Assembly: GCF_006345805.1 (NCBI RefSeq)
Contig: NC_043012.1
Coordinates: 21,576,001-21,640,000 of the forward strand
DNA length: 64,000 bases
Direction of reading: 5' to 3'
From: Octopus sinensis
Taxonomy: Eukaryota
The notes beneath the pieces were generated by a model, which was given only the letters and a program-made list of their open reading frames with translations, had not been told where the DNA came from and did not search any database. The first letter of the stretch is position 1. Each line of letters opens with the position of its first letter. A program made the translations under genes and the position numbers. Below, piece after piece: positions 34,657 to 45,994 of this stretch.

Positions 34657-36160
34657 GTAATTATTACCATTTTATTTAGTTGTTCTTACTTCTTTGTGTC
34701 TTTGACTGTCGTTCACTCTAACTTCTCTCTCTCTCTTTTTACTCTTTTACTCTTTTACTTGTTTCAGTCATTTGACTGCGGTCATGCTGGAGCACCGCCT
34801 TTAATCGAGCAACTCGACCCCGGCACTTATTCTTTGTAAGCCCAGTACTTATTCTATCGGTCTCTTTTGCCGAACCGCTAAGTGACGGGGACATAAACAC
34901 ACCAGCATTGGTTGTCAAGCAATGCTAGGGGGACAAATACAGACACACAAACATACACGCACACACACATATATATATTATATATATATATATACATATA
35001 TACGACAGGCTTCTTCCAGTTTCCATCTACCAAATCCACTCACAAGGCTTTGGTCGGTCCGAGGCTATAGTAGAAGACACTTGCCCAAGGTGCCACGCAG
35101 TGGGACTGAACCCGAAACCATGTGGTTGGTAAGCAAGCTACTTACCACACAGCCACTCCTACGTCTATGTAAAGAAATCTCAGACATCTACCACTGCTGA
35201 TTGTTATCGACCGAGAATCACAAGTAGATAAATTCGTTGGTGAGATATTGAACTGCCAACCAATATATTCAAAGTTTGATTTGGAAATAATCCACAGGCA
35301 CAATTGGTGTATGAAAGCTAAAGAATAAAGTGTATTTCATGGCGGGAGACAAATTTTAAATCTTTAAAATTACATCTTTAGGGATGAGAACAATCATCAT
35401 CATCATCATCATCATCATGAGATTACGTGTGGATTCTACACGTAATCTCATTGAACATCCTAGAAAAAACTGAGCTGCTACATCAACGGGAGCAAGCTGT
35501 GCATTGCTGAATAGGCGAGAATATTAAAGAACTCCCTCGACCCAGGGAACACTTTAAATTCCAGGAGAAAAAGCCTTCGGACCCTGTTTAAATTTCAGGA
35601 GATTTGTAGTGAAGTCCTGGAACCCACAAGCCGATCGCGTCGGTTTCAGATAGCTGTCTAAGGGAGACAATCCTTTGCACTTAATCTTTCTTTGTCCGTG
35701 CAAGTCAACAAACTAGCTACGAGGTCTTTTCTCCCTCCACTTTGAAGAGAAGTTATTGGCCACCGGCCATTAGGGTCTGGTGAAACGCTGTAAAGCTAAA
35801 CGCATTATAGACTTAAAAGCCAGGGTAAACCACATAGATCGGCCATAACTATCTTTATGTCTCTTCTGTGCCGGTGGCATGTAAAATGCACCAATCCGAC
35901 TGTGGCCAATGCCAGCCTCGCCTGGCACCAGTGCAGGTGGCACGTAAAAAGCACCCACTACACTCATGGAGTGGTTGGCGTTTGGAAGGGCATCCAGCTG
36001 TAGAAACATTGCCAGATAAGACTGGAGCCTGGTGCAGCCTTCTGGTTTCCCAGATCCCCGGTCGAACCGTCCAACCCGTGCTAGCTCAGAAAACGGACGT
36101 TAAACAATGATGATGATGATGATGTTAGAGTGTGCATCTCTTTATGATTTACTGACGGTA

Positions 36161-36206
<46 letters not shown>

Positions 36207-36789
36207 GAGCTTCTTTCAGTTTCCATCTAGCAAATCCACTCACAAAGCTTCGGTCAGTCTAGGGTCTTGTTGCTAACCTGGGTTTTAAATTTTATCTCTG
36301 TGCTTCCAGCCTCCATATCTGTGTGTGTTTTAGACACAGGTGTAACCATGGGACTTCTGAACCACACGGTTACAGGTTCAGTTTCATAAGGCGGCGAGCT
36401 GGCAGAAACATTAGCACGCCGGGCGAAATGCGTAGCCGTATTTCGTCTACTGTTCTGAGTTCAAATTCCGCCGAGGTCGACTTTGCCTTTCATCTTTTCA
36501 GGGTCGATAAATTAAGTACCAGTTACGCACTGGGGTCGATGTAATCGACTTAATCCCTTCGTCTGTCCTTGTTTGTCCCCTCTGTATTTAGCCCCTTGTG
36601 GGTAGTAAAGAAATAGGTTACAGGTTCAGTTTCATTGCAATGCATTTTGGGAAAGTAGGGTCTCCTACTATTAGTGCCAGGCTACACAATGCCTTGTGAG
36701 TAAGTTTTCCTAGATGGAAACTGAAAGAAGCCTATTATGTGTCTGCCTGTCTTTGACTTGACATTCCGTGAGTGTTGCAAAGGAGTGTC

Positions 36790-37373
36790 TTTCATTTCCA
36801 ATTGCTTGGGATGGCAATGTTATGCCACCGTTCATCTTCCCATACAGCGTCAGACTCAACACGGAGGCCTACATCAAGTGCCTGGAGGAGGTAGTGCTAC
36901 CCTGAGTCAAGAGGGTGGCTGCTGGAAGACCCTATGTCTGGCAACAGGACTCTACACCATGCCACACAAGCAGAAAAACCCAGTCCTGACTGTCAGACAA
37001 TTCCTGCGACCACATCACCCCTAACATCTGGCCACCTAACTACCCAGAGTGCAACCCCCTTGATTATTATGTGTGGGGTGCAGTTGAGTGAGAGACCACC
37101 AAAACTCCTTGTAACACCAATGATGAACTGAAGGCAAGGATTATGGCAGCATTCTCCAACTTAAACAAGGAGATCATTCATAAGAGTTGCAGGTGATTCC
37201 GAAGTCGTCTGGAGGCCTTGATTGAAGCCAATGGCCATTTTATTGAATAAATTTACTCGTTAGCATTTCAAGGTATTTTTATGTAATTTTGGTAAATGTA
37301 TCTGTTAAAATGAAATGTCAGTGTTATTTTCATTTTTGCGTAATTTAGATGACACTATATTCATTGCACCCAG
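36790..37373 (+). mobile_element. Tc1/mariner maT-type (DD37D) transposon 3' fragment
   Basis: VWQQDSTPCHTSRKTQS*LSDNSCDHITPNIWPPNYPECNPLDYYVWG, with 37 residues between the Asp residues. In-frame stops, ORF end at 37250, right end ..GCACCCAG followed by TA. Confidence 0.85.
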
Positions 37374-38015
37374 TATATATATATATATATATAAATTCTA
37401 TAATTATGAATATAATTATAATTAGGGTTTAGCAAAATTGCTTCACCACATACCGAAATTTAGAAATAGCAGTTAAATACTATTTTACTACCATAAAATA
37501 TCTCTTACCGATAATGGTTCTTTTAACATACTGAACTACTTGGTAAGATTATTAATTATAAATTACTCTTTACTCTTTTATTCTTTTACTTGTTTCATTC
37601 ATTTGACTGTGGCCATGCTGGAGCACCGCCTTTAGTCGAGCAAATCAACCCCAGGACTTATTCTTTGTAAGCCTAGTACTTATTCTATCGGTCTCTTTTG
37701 CCGAACCGCTAAGTTCCGGGGACGTAAACATACCACCATCGGTTGTCAAGCGATGTTGCAGGGGACAAACATAGACACACATGCATATATATACATATAT
37801 ACGATGGTCTTCTTTCAGTTTCCGTCTACAAATCCACTCACAAGGCTTTGGTCGGCCCGAGGCTATAGTAGAAGGCACTTGCCCAAAGTGCCACGCAGTG
37901 GGAATGAACCTGGAACCATGTGGTTGGTAAGCAAGCTACTTACCACACAGCCACTCCTGCGCCTATGATTGATTGATTAATTAATTTTACCCTTTATTAT
38001 TATTCATCATTATTG

Positions 38016-38068
<53 letters not shown>

Positions 38069-38072
38069 GTAT

Positions 38073-38400
38073 GTATGGCTCAGTGGTTAGAGCGTCGAGC
38101 TTACGATCGTGAGGTTGTGAGCTCGAATCCCGGACCTGGCTGCGTGTTGTGTTCTTGAGCAAAGCACTTTATTTCACGTTGCTCCAGTTCACTCAGCTGT
38201 AGAAATGAGTTGCGACGTCACTGGTGCCAAGCTGTATCGACCTTTGTCTTTTCCTTGGATAACACTGGTGGCGTGGAGAGGGGAGGCTGGTATGCATGGG
38301 CGACTGCTGGTCTTCCATAAACAACCTTGCCCGGACTTGTGTCTTGGAAGGTAACTTTCTAGGTGCAATCCCATGGTCATTCATGACCGAAGGGGGGGGG
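38073..38400 (+). mobile_element. tRNA-derived SINE family F (CORE-like body)
   Basis: A box TGGCTCAGTGG, B box GCTCGAATCC, CORE-like GTGTTCTTGAGCAAAGCACTTTA..CAGTTCACTCAGCTGTAGAAATGAG. Confidence 0.75.
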
Positions 38401-38469
38401 GTCTTCTTAGATGTATGTATGTATTTTATTTATTTATTTTTTAATGTTTTTTATTTTATTTTTTATCAG

Positions 38470-38565
38470 ATCTTCCACCCAGAAATTGATCATTACTTTG
38501 AAAAATATGATGGAACACAATATTTACCTCGCCCTTCCATTCGGAGAATTTACCCATATGATTAA
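38470..38565 (+). CDS. HspQ/YccV-like domain protein, terminal coding exon 6
   Basis: Acceptor ttttattttttatcag. IFHPEIDHYFEKYDGTQYLPRPSIRRIYPYD* fits the YccV C-terminal HPxxxxYFxxxDGxxY motif. The six exons sum to 654 nt (217 aa + stop). Confidence 0.9.
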   Translation: MFHPEIDHYFEKYDGTQYLPRPSIRRIYPYD

Positions 38566-38581
38566 TGCCGAATTAATCATA

Positions 38582-38587
38582 AATAAA
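38582..38587 (+). terminator. Candidate polyadenylation signal of the YccV-domain gene
   Basis: AATAAA 16 nt after the stop codon. Actual use is unverified. Confidence 0.4.
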
Positions 38588-39021
38588 CAGAGATAATATA
38601 ATAATAATAAAAAAAAAAATAATAATAATAATAATAATAATAAAGAAATGAAAAAAAAAATGAACGGTGATAAAAAAAAATTCAACTCTGTTCAACTTAT
38701 TGTTTATCGGACTCCTTTCCACAAACTATTGACAAATTGTTTTTTGTTGTTTTATATTTAATCTTGATCATTATAAACTGAATATGATCACTCTGTTAAT
38801 TATTACAAGCAAACAATTAAGAGACCAATGCAAAATTGCCAAAAAATTAAGGAAAAGAAAAAAAAAAAGGCAAAAATATTAATTAACCTGAAAATGGAAG
38901 TTAGCAATTTTAAATTTTCCTCAGAAATTTATGCAATATTCTTCCCCTCTCGCCTAAATCTCTCTATATGTGTGTGTATGTATGTATGTTTGTGTGTGTG
39001 AGGGGGTGTATATATATATAT

Positions 39022-39297
39022 ATATATGTATATGTAGGTCCCAGGTTGAGTCGGGGTTAACCACAGTAAATAAGGTACTCAATACATAGCAGAGTAAAGT
39101 AATTTACTCTACAGGACAAGAACTGTTTCATTCAGATGAAATCTTCAGGAAGCTTCCTGAAGATTTCATCTGAATGAAACAGTTCTTGTCCTGTAGAAGC
39201 TCCTTCTATAAAATAAATTACTTTACTCTGCTATGTATTGAGTACCTTATTTACTGTGGTTAACCCCGACTCAACCTGGACCTACATATACATATAT
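39022..39297. repeat. ~275-bp palindrome with a perfect 90-bp spacer-less core (39108-39197), flanked by (TA)n
   Basis: Centre GGAAG|CTTCC at 39152/39153. Outer arms 39022-39106 / 39214-39297; the right arm has ~16 extra nt. Confidence 0.95.
39151..39201 (+). ncRNA. Type I hammerhead ribozyme fold
   Basis: AGCUUC-CUGAAGA-U(UUC AUCU GAA)U-GAAACAG(UUCUUGUC)CU-GUA-GAAGCU: 6-bp stem I, 4-bp stem III, GUA site, weak stem II with a U-U closing mismatch. Confidence 0.6.
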
Positions 39298-40355
39298 GTA
39301 TATATACACACACGCTTGTGTCAGGTCACTTGTGCGGTTTCTCATGAGTGCTACTGGTAACATGGAATCCAGTACAACCTGTTACACAATCTGGTTGACA
39401 CCAACTAAATCAGTACCCCTACTGCCTGGTGAGGAGGGTTGCTAGAAACTCTGCAGGATTAAGGACAAGAAATGCCAAAAGGACAGATGAACCTAGTGCA
39501 GGTTCAACAACTATCTAGCAACGGAATGGTCCCTCAGAAATTCTGGGTTATTGCCCAGTGTTCTGGAAGCCACCGGGAGTGAGGCATCACTTAGCTTTTG
39601 TTAAAGCATGTCTCTAAGCAAAGATTACTCTGATATAAAACAAGATCTGTCAGGGAATGGCATTTAACATTTGGGGAATCTTTTGGTTGTGCTGGATATG
39701 TGCTGGCTTGTCTCTGAATCAGTAGAGTGGAGATGACCTGTGAAGTTCTGTGCAAGCCTTATTGGATCTAAAACTTGAAGTTGTGCAATCACTAGCAAGA
39801 CAACTATTTGATGCCTGGTCAAGTAGGAGGATATCATGGGGATCATGGGAGTAGGAGGGCACCATGGTAAGCATGGAAGCTGTGGGCACAAACTCAGATG
39901 GAGCCAACTGATGGTGTGATAACCTCATGCATGGGCACCGCTGGCCTTTTTCATTGGCAATGGTCATTGATGGTCTTCCTCAGTCACAAGTGGACAGCCA
40001 TCATCATCATCACACACATACTGGCATATCTCAACTTGAGATGGTAATTGGTTTCAAAATGTGACTTGGCTCAAAAAAAAAAAAAAAGATGTAACAGAAA
40101 AATGTTGTTTTTTTTTAAATCTTTTTGCTTATATCTCTTTTAATAAATGGTTTGTACATATTTTCACATGTATTTTATTTTATTTTATTTTATTTTATTT
40201 TTCCACTTCAGTACTGATTTTTAGGCTTTAAATAACTTTTCTGAAACTGACATTAAGTTGGATCAATCAACGGGAATTGAAGTATATTCTTACCATTAAT
40301 TTCTTTTTAAAAAATGACAAAGTCAAAAGAGATACAAAAGGAAATGATGTTTATG

Positions 40356-40377
<22 letters not shown>

Positions 40378-40387
<10 letters not shown>

Positions 40388-40646
40388 TATTCGAGACAAA
40401 ACCACTATTTTGCAAAACAAACAAGGAAAGACTAATTAATACATAAAATTTTAATAAATAGTCAAAAAAACCGCCACTTCATAATTTGACACTGAATTAT
40501 TGGAAGTCCACCTGAAGATTGTCGATCAAGACAAGAAACGATTGTAGTGGCGGTTTTTTTGACTATTTATTAAAATTTTATGTATTAATTAGTCTTTCCT
40601 TGTTTGTTTTGCAAAATAGTGGTTTTGTCTCGAATAATATTTTATA
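40378..40646. repeat. Perfect 101-bp inverted repeat with a 67-nt spacer
   Basis: Arms 40378-40478 / 40546-40646 appear identical by eye. (TA)n tracts nearby on both sides. Confidence 0.95.
40508..40550 (+). ncRNA. Minimal type I hammerhead ribozyme fold, canonical core
   Basis: CCAC-CUGAAGA-UUGUC(GAUCAA)GACAA-GAAAC-GAUU-GUA-GUGG. The stem III sequence ACGAUUGU is self-complementary with G-U pairs. Predicted cleavage after A40546. Confidence 0.75.
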
Positions 40647-40723
40647 ATATTTTACTATAAAATCGATTTAATCATAAATCTGATTTTTTTCCCTGTAAAT
40701 TTGGATTTATTCCCTAATATTTA

Positions 40724-40759
<36 letters not shown>

Positions 40760-42278
40760 TCCCCTTTAATGTTAAATTAAATTTACGGATTATTCCAGTG
40801 ATGATGTTAAATATACCAAAAAATAGAATTGGTATTTTCTGCAAGACACATTACCTCAGTAACCTTCAGATATTTCAACATGAAAAAAAAAAAGACAAAG
40901 ATTCACACTTGACATTCTTCAACAAGAAATAGATTAGTATATACAACTGCTTTCCTGCAATTAAGGATAATGAAATTTTGAGTGCAAAAATATCTGATTT
41001 CTGCAGTAAAAGTGATATGTATGTATGTGTGTGTGTGTGTGCTAGCATATTTGGGATGGTGTTTAGAAATAATTTCAGCATGGTTTCGTAATTTCTGAGA
41101 ATAAGCATTACTTCTCAAATGAACCAAAATTCACTAGCAGAGAAAAAATAGTAAACAAAACATGAACAAAATTAATGCAGATTTGTTCCAATCCATATCA
41201 GTGTGCGAAGTATGCATTAAATGAGGATTAGGATTAGGGAACAGTTTGTGATTTCAGTTGGATAAGGAGGTGAGGTGGCAGAATCCCCCGACGCATCAGA
41301 CAAAATATGCTTTGCAGAATTTCTTCCAGCTTTTTATGTTCTGAGTTCAAATCCCACTGACATTAATGTTGCCTTACTGAAAAGTTCAGGGTCCATAAAA
41401 TAAAGTACCAGTCATGTACTGGGGATCAATTAACTGACTAACCTACTCCCCACCCTCACCCCAAATTTCAGGGCTTATGCCTTTAGTAAAAAGAATTATC
41501 AGTGTTGGTTAATGTTGTGAGCTGACTGAATCATTGGCGCGTGGAACAAAATGCTCAGTGGCATTTCTTTGAGGTCCACATTTCGAGTTCAAATCTTATT
41601 GAGGTCACCTTTGCCTTTTATCCTTTTGGAGTCTGTAAAAGTAAATTACTGGTTAAAATGATTGAGTTAGCCCCTCCCTTCAAAGCTGCTGGCCTTGTGC
41701 CAAAATTGGGAGCAATCATAGATGGCTTTGCCCTACTGATATTCTCAATCATCGATTGAAACAAAAGAAGGAAAACGATTTTGGTAGGGAGAAAGGGTGC
41801 CTGATATACAAAAAAAAAAAAAAAAAGAAAAACATTGGTGATATGAATCCATTGTTTATTAATTGGTTCCCCATTAAGTTAATTACTTTTTATTGTCTGT
41901 CAATCAATTTGAGTTCCAATCACACATGTATCATTGCTACTCTACTCCTTGTTTTTAGCTCTTTGGCCAGCATTTTATCGTTGACGCTTTTTAGTCAAAG
42001 CTTTCCAGCCATGACCATCCAATCTTTCTCTTATGTGCAGAAAAACCAGGAACATATTATCCACTGTGTCCTTTTCTGAACTAGTAGGGTGTGATTTGTG
42101 TGAGATTTGGCTGCTGTTTCAGGTAAACCCAAGCATGAGACATGGGTAACTAGGCTAGACTTTCAACCTGCTAGAAATGTCAGTCAAATTCCCCTCAAAT
42201 CACCTCTCGTCCTTTATACATTAAAAAAAAAAAAGACAAGATGATTATGACAGTAATACCTTTTGTGGTTATAGATCT

Positions 42279-42633
42279 TGTGGAGGCGCAATGGCCCAGT
42301 GGTTAGGGCAGCGAACTCGCGGTCATAGGATCGCGGTTTCGATTCCCAGACCGGGCGTTGTGAGTGTTTATTGAGCGAAAACACCTAAAAAGCTCCACGA
42401 GGCTCCGGCAGGGGATGGTGGTGATCCCTGTTGTACTCTTTCACCACAACTTTCTCTCACTCTTACTTCCTGTTTCTGTTGTACCTGTATTTCAAGGGAC
42501 CGGCCTTGTCACTCTCTGTGTCACACTGAATATCCCCGAGAATTGCGTTAAGGGTGCACGTGTCTGTGGAGTGCTCAGCCACTGAGCAGGCTGTTCCGTT
42601 GATTCGTCGTCGTAATCGACGAAGTGCTTCCAT
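42279..42633 (+). mobile_element. SINE family C
   Basis: 13-bp TSD TGGTTATAGATCT (42266-42278 / 42634-42646). Confidence 0.92.
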
Positions 42634-43162
42634 TGGTTATAGATCTGCACAAAATAAAGAGCGACCTGGAACAAAACAACACAGCAACATGTACGAGAAT
42701 GTGGAATGGAAAGCATATATATTTTATGGCATTTTTTTGAAACCACGATTTTATTTATTAAGGACATCATTAAATCTTTTACTTTTTGCTACCCTCAAAG
42801 AATTGTAGTCAAACGAATCAACCCCAGTACTTTTCTTTTGGCCAAAACGTTAACTTATAGGGACGTAACCGCACCAACACGGGTTGTCAAACAATGTAGA
42901 GTGAGACACACGCATTCACTCATTCATTCATTCATTCATTCATACATACATATAAACGACGGGATTCTTCTAGTTTCCGTCTATCAAAATCTATTCACAA
43001 GGCTTTGGTAGAACAGGGGTTAGAAGACACTTGCCCAAGATACCATGCAGTAGGAAAAAAGATGAATGCGGTTTTCGTCACCAATATGTAAAACTATGCT
43101 TTTTGAAAATAACCTGGTAAAAATTTTTTAAGCATTTCAAGTTGTTTGGAAGAAATATGGAC

Positions 43163-43572
43163 GGATCTTTTCTGTTTGAACGGCAATTTTTTCTAGCGGT
43201 GTCATATGAAATTGTCACCCATAATTATGACCCTAGTATCGATCTATTGCATTTCAATCTGTTTTAGGGTTAGGGTTAGGTTAGGGGTGGGGGGAAGGGT
43301 ATCTTTTTTTCTTCAGAAATGTAAATAAACCCAATCTGTTTCTTAAACGAGGGACATATTCATACGGCACAGAATGTCCTTCACCTCAATAGACGTCATT
43401 GATTGGTTGAAATTTCAGAAATTGAAGTAAAAAAAAACAACAATTATCTTACAAACTATAGAATTTTCTCAATAAAGCCAAGAGAAAAAGATGTTTTATA
43501 AACACATTCTACCAGTATACGAAGTTTAAAAGTGTTTAGTTACGTGGAAATTATTTTAAAAAACTGAGATCC
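43163..43572 (+). mobile_element. Same MITE family, copy 3 (right TIR internally deleted)
   Basis: Perfect 8-bp TSD ATATGGAC (43155-43162 / 43573-43580). Contains an internal TTAGGGTTAGGGTTAGG tract. Confidence 0.88.
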
Positions 43573-44048
43573 ATATGGACTTGATGCCCTGGCAGCAGTG
43601 TCCCAACATAGCCATAACCCATTAACGATTTAATTGGTAGAATAGAAATATATTAGCGAACTTCTTACGTTACGCATTCCTTCGCCAAGGCCTCCATGAA
43701 AAAGGAAAAGTTATCTCCCTTGAATTTCTTGTAGAAATGATTGAACGTTGGATTAAACTTCTAATAGAATTTAAGCTTATCTTTCTACATACGGAGTTCA
43801 GCCTTTGCTGGAGGAAAGGATCAATGACATATGTAATCCCAATGTACTGTAATTCATTGTCTGATATCGTAAGCAACTATATCTTTTTCTTATATAAATT
43901 AGCCATGCAGCCAGTGAAAGGAAATGTTTTAAAAATGGAGGAGTTAGCTCCCTTCAAACACGAAATTAAAATAAGAGCGAATTTTTATGTCTGTACTATG
44001 TTCATAGTACAATGCATAAATTATAATTTATGCAGTGGCACCAACTTT

Positions 44049-44093
<45 letters not shown>

Positions 44094-45625
44094 ATATATA
44101 TACATATAAAGCTGATAAAATTTATTGAGTAATTTCCCTCCCATTTGTACATACAAACGGGCGCGCATGCATTTAATTAAAGGTAGACGTTCGATTGACT
44201 ATCTGTGGACTATAAGCTTGTCTTTTTCCTGATTTTCCTGTTTCAGTCATTAGACTGCGGCCATGCTTGAGCCACCAGCTTGAATATGTATCCCCCACCC
44301 CCACTACCATCACTTGACAACAAATGTTAGTACGTTTAAGTTCCCTGTAACTTAGCAGTTTGGCAAAAGAGACCAATAGAATCAGTACTAGACTTACAAA
44401 GAATATGTCCTAGGGTCGATTTGTTCCACTAAAGGCGGTGCTCTAGCATGGCCGCAGTCAAATGACTGAAACAAGTAAGAGAATAAAAGAATAAAAGAAT
44501 ATAGTCAATTGAAATAAACGAATACTGAAATTATGAGGACGTCACCGAAAAATGTATTAACTTGATGCTCTGTAAAAAGAGAAAGCTTTTGACGAAAGGA
44601 AAAGTTCAAAGAAGGAAAAGAAATCGCCAACAGCACGTATGTAGTTCCATTGCCGAAGTGACCGTTTATATCGTTTGTTCCTACGTACGTTTCAATGTTG
44701 TTGCTGTTGTTTGGAACTCAGCATTAGATGTCCCAAGTGCAATTTGATGCTTAAACTTAAAGGTTCATCAAGGGTGTACCTTATTGCATTATTTTACAGA
44801 GAAACCTAATGACATGTGTGAATGTGGTTGCGTGTCTATATTATATACACGCTTTATAAGGCGGCGAGCTGGCAGAAACGTTAGCACGCCGGGAGAAATG
44901 CGTAGCCGTATTTCGTCTGGCGTTACGTTCTGGGTTCAAATTTCGCCGAGGTCGACTTTGCCTTTCATCCTTTCGGGGTCGATAAATTAAGTACCAGTTG
45001 CGCACTGGAGTCGATATAATCGACTTAATCCGTTTATCTGTCCTTGTTTGTCCCCTCTGTGTTTAGCCCCTTGTGGGTAGTAAAGAAATATATATTATAT
45101 ACACGCTTAAAAGCCGCACTCCCTACGGTCTTTTAAGTTGGGTCCTGCGCAGGGCTAATTGGGTCTGCGGACCCGAACTAAAGAGAGCTAAATAGCATGA
45201 CTATAATACGTCTATAGTAACTATATAATTTGGTGGTGTTTGAGCAGGGGTTAAGAATGGATGAGAATTAATTCTACAATTCAATCAGTCTATTGGATTC
45301 CAACCGTTGGCCAATCTGTCCCAAAGTTCTTATCCCGACAAAGCGAATGTCATTCATCTCCCCCTAAATTTATGACATCATCTGACAAACGCCACCAAGA
45401 TGGCGTGAAACAGCCAGGCTTTACCTGCTAGAAATAATAACCCAAATGTTTTAAAATCAGATCCTAATGCTCGATGTTCAAGAACCAAATGAAGGCCAGA
45501 TTTTCAATCCCGGGATCGTCCTATTTTCAAAAAGGAATAATATGTCTATGTAGAGCAAATATAGGCTGAGATACAGGGATCCCAGACGGACGAACAGACA
45601 GAATTTTGTTTTTATTACATATACA

Positions 45626-45659
<34 letters not shown>

Positions 45660-45874
45660 TACTTTTATTCTTTCACTTGTTTCTGTCATTTGACAGCGGT
45701 CATGCTGCAGCACCGCCTTGAATGGTTTTTGTCGAGCAGATCGACCCCAGGACTTATTTCTTAAGCCTAGTATCTCTTCTATCAGTTTCTTTTTGCCGAA
45801 CCGCTAGGTTACGAGGATGTAAACACACCAACTCCGCTTGTCAAGCGGTGATGGGAGGACAAACACAGACACAA

Positions 45875-45942
<68 letters not shown>

Positions 45943-45994
45943 ACGCACGCACGCACACGCGCGCGCACACACACAAATACATGCATACATACAT

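Noticed and set aside
43264-43282. TTAGGG telomere-like repeats
   Set aside because: Only about three units, and an internal part of the MITE family (also seen in copy 2); not an interstitial telomere.
43685-43780. Candidate minus-strand exon KFNPTFNHFYKKFKGDNFSFFMEALAKECV
   Set aside because: Plausible splice sites, but no partner exons with compatible phase and no recognised homology.
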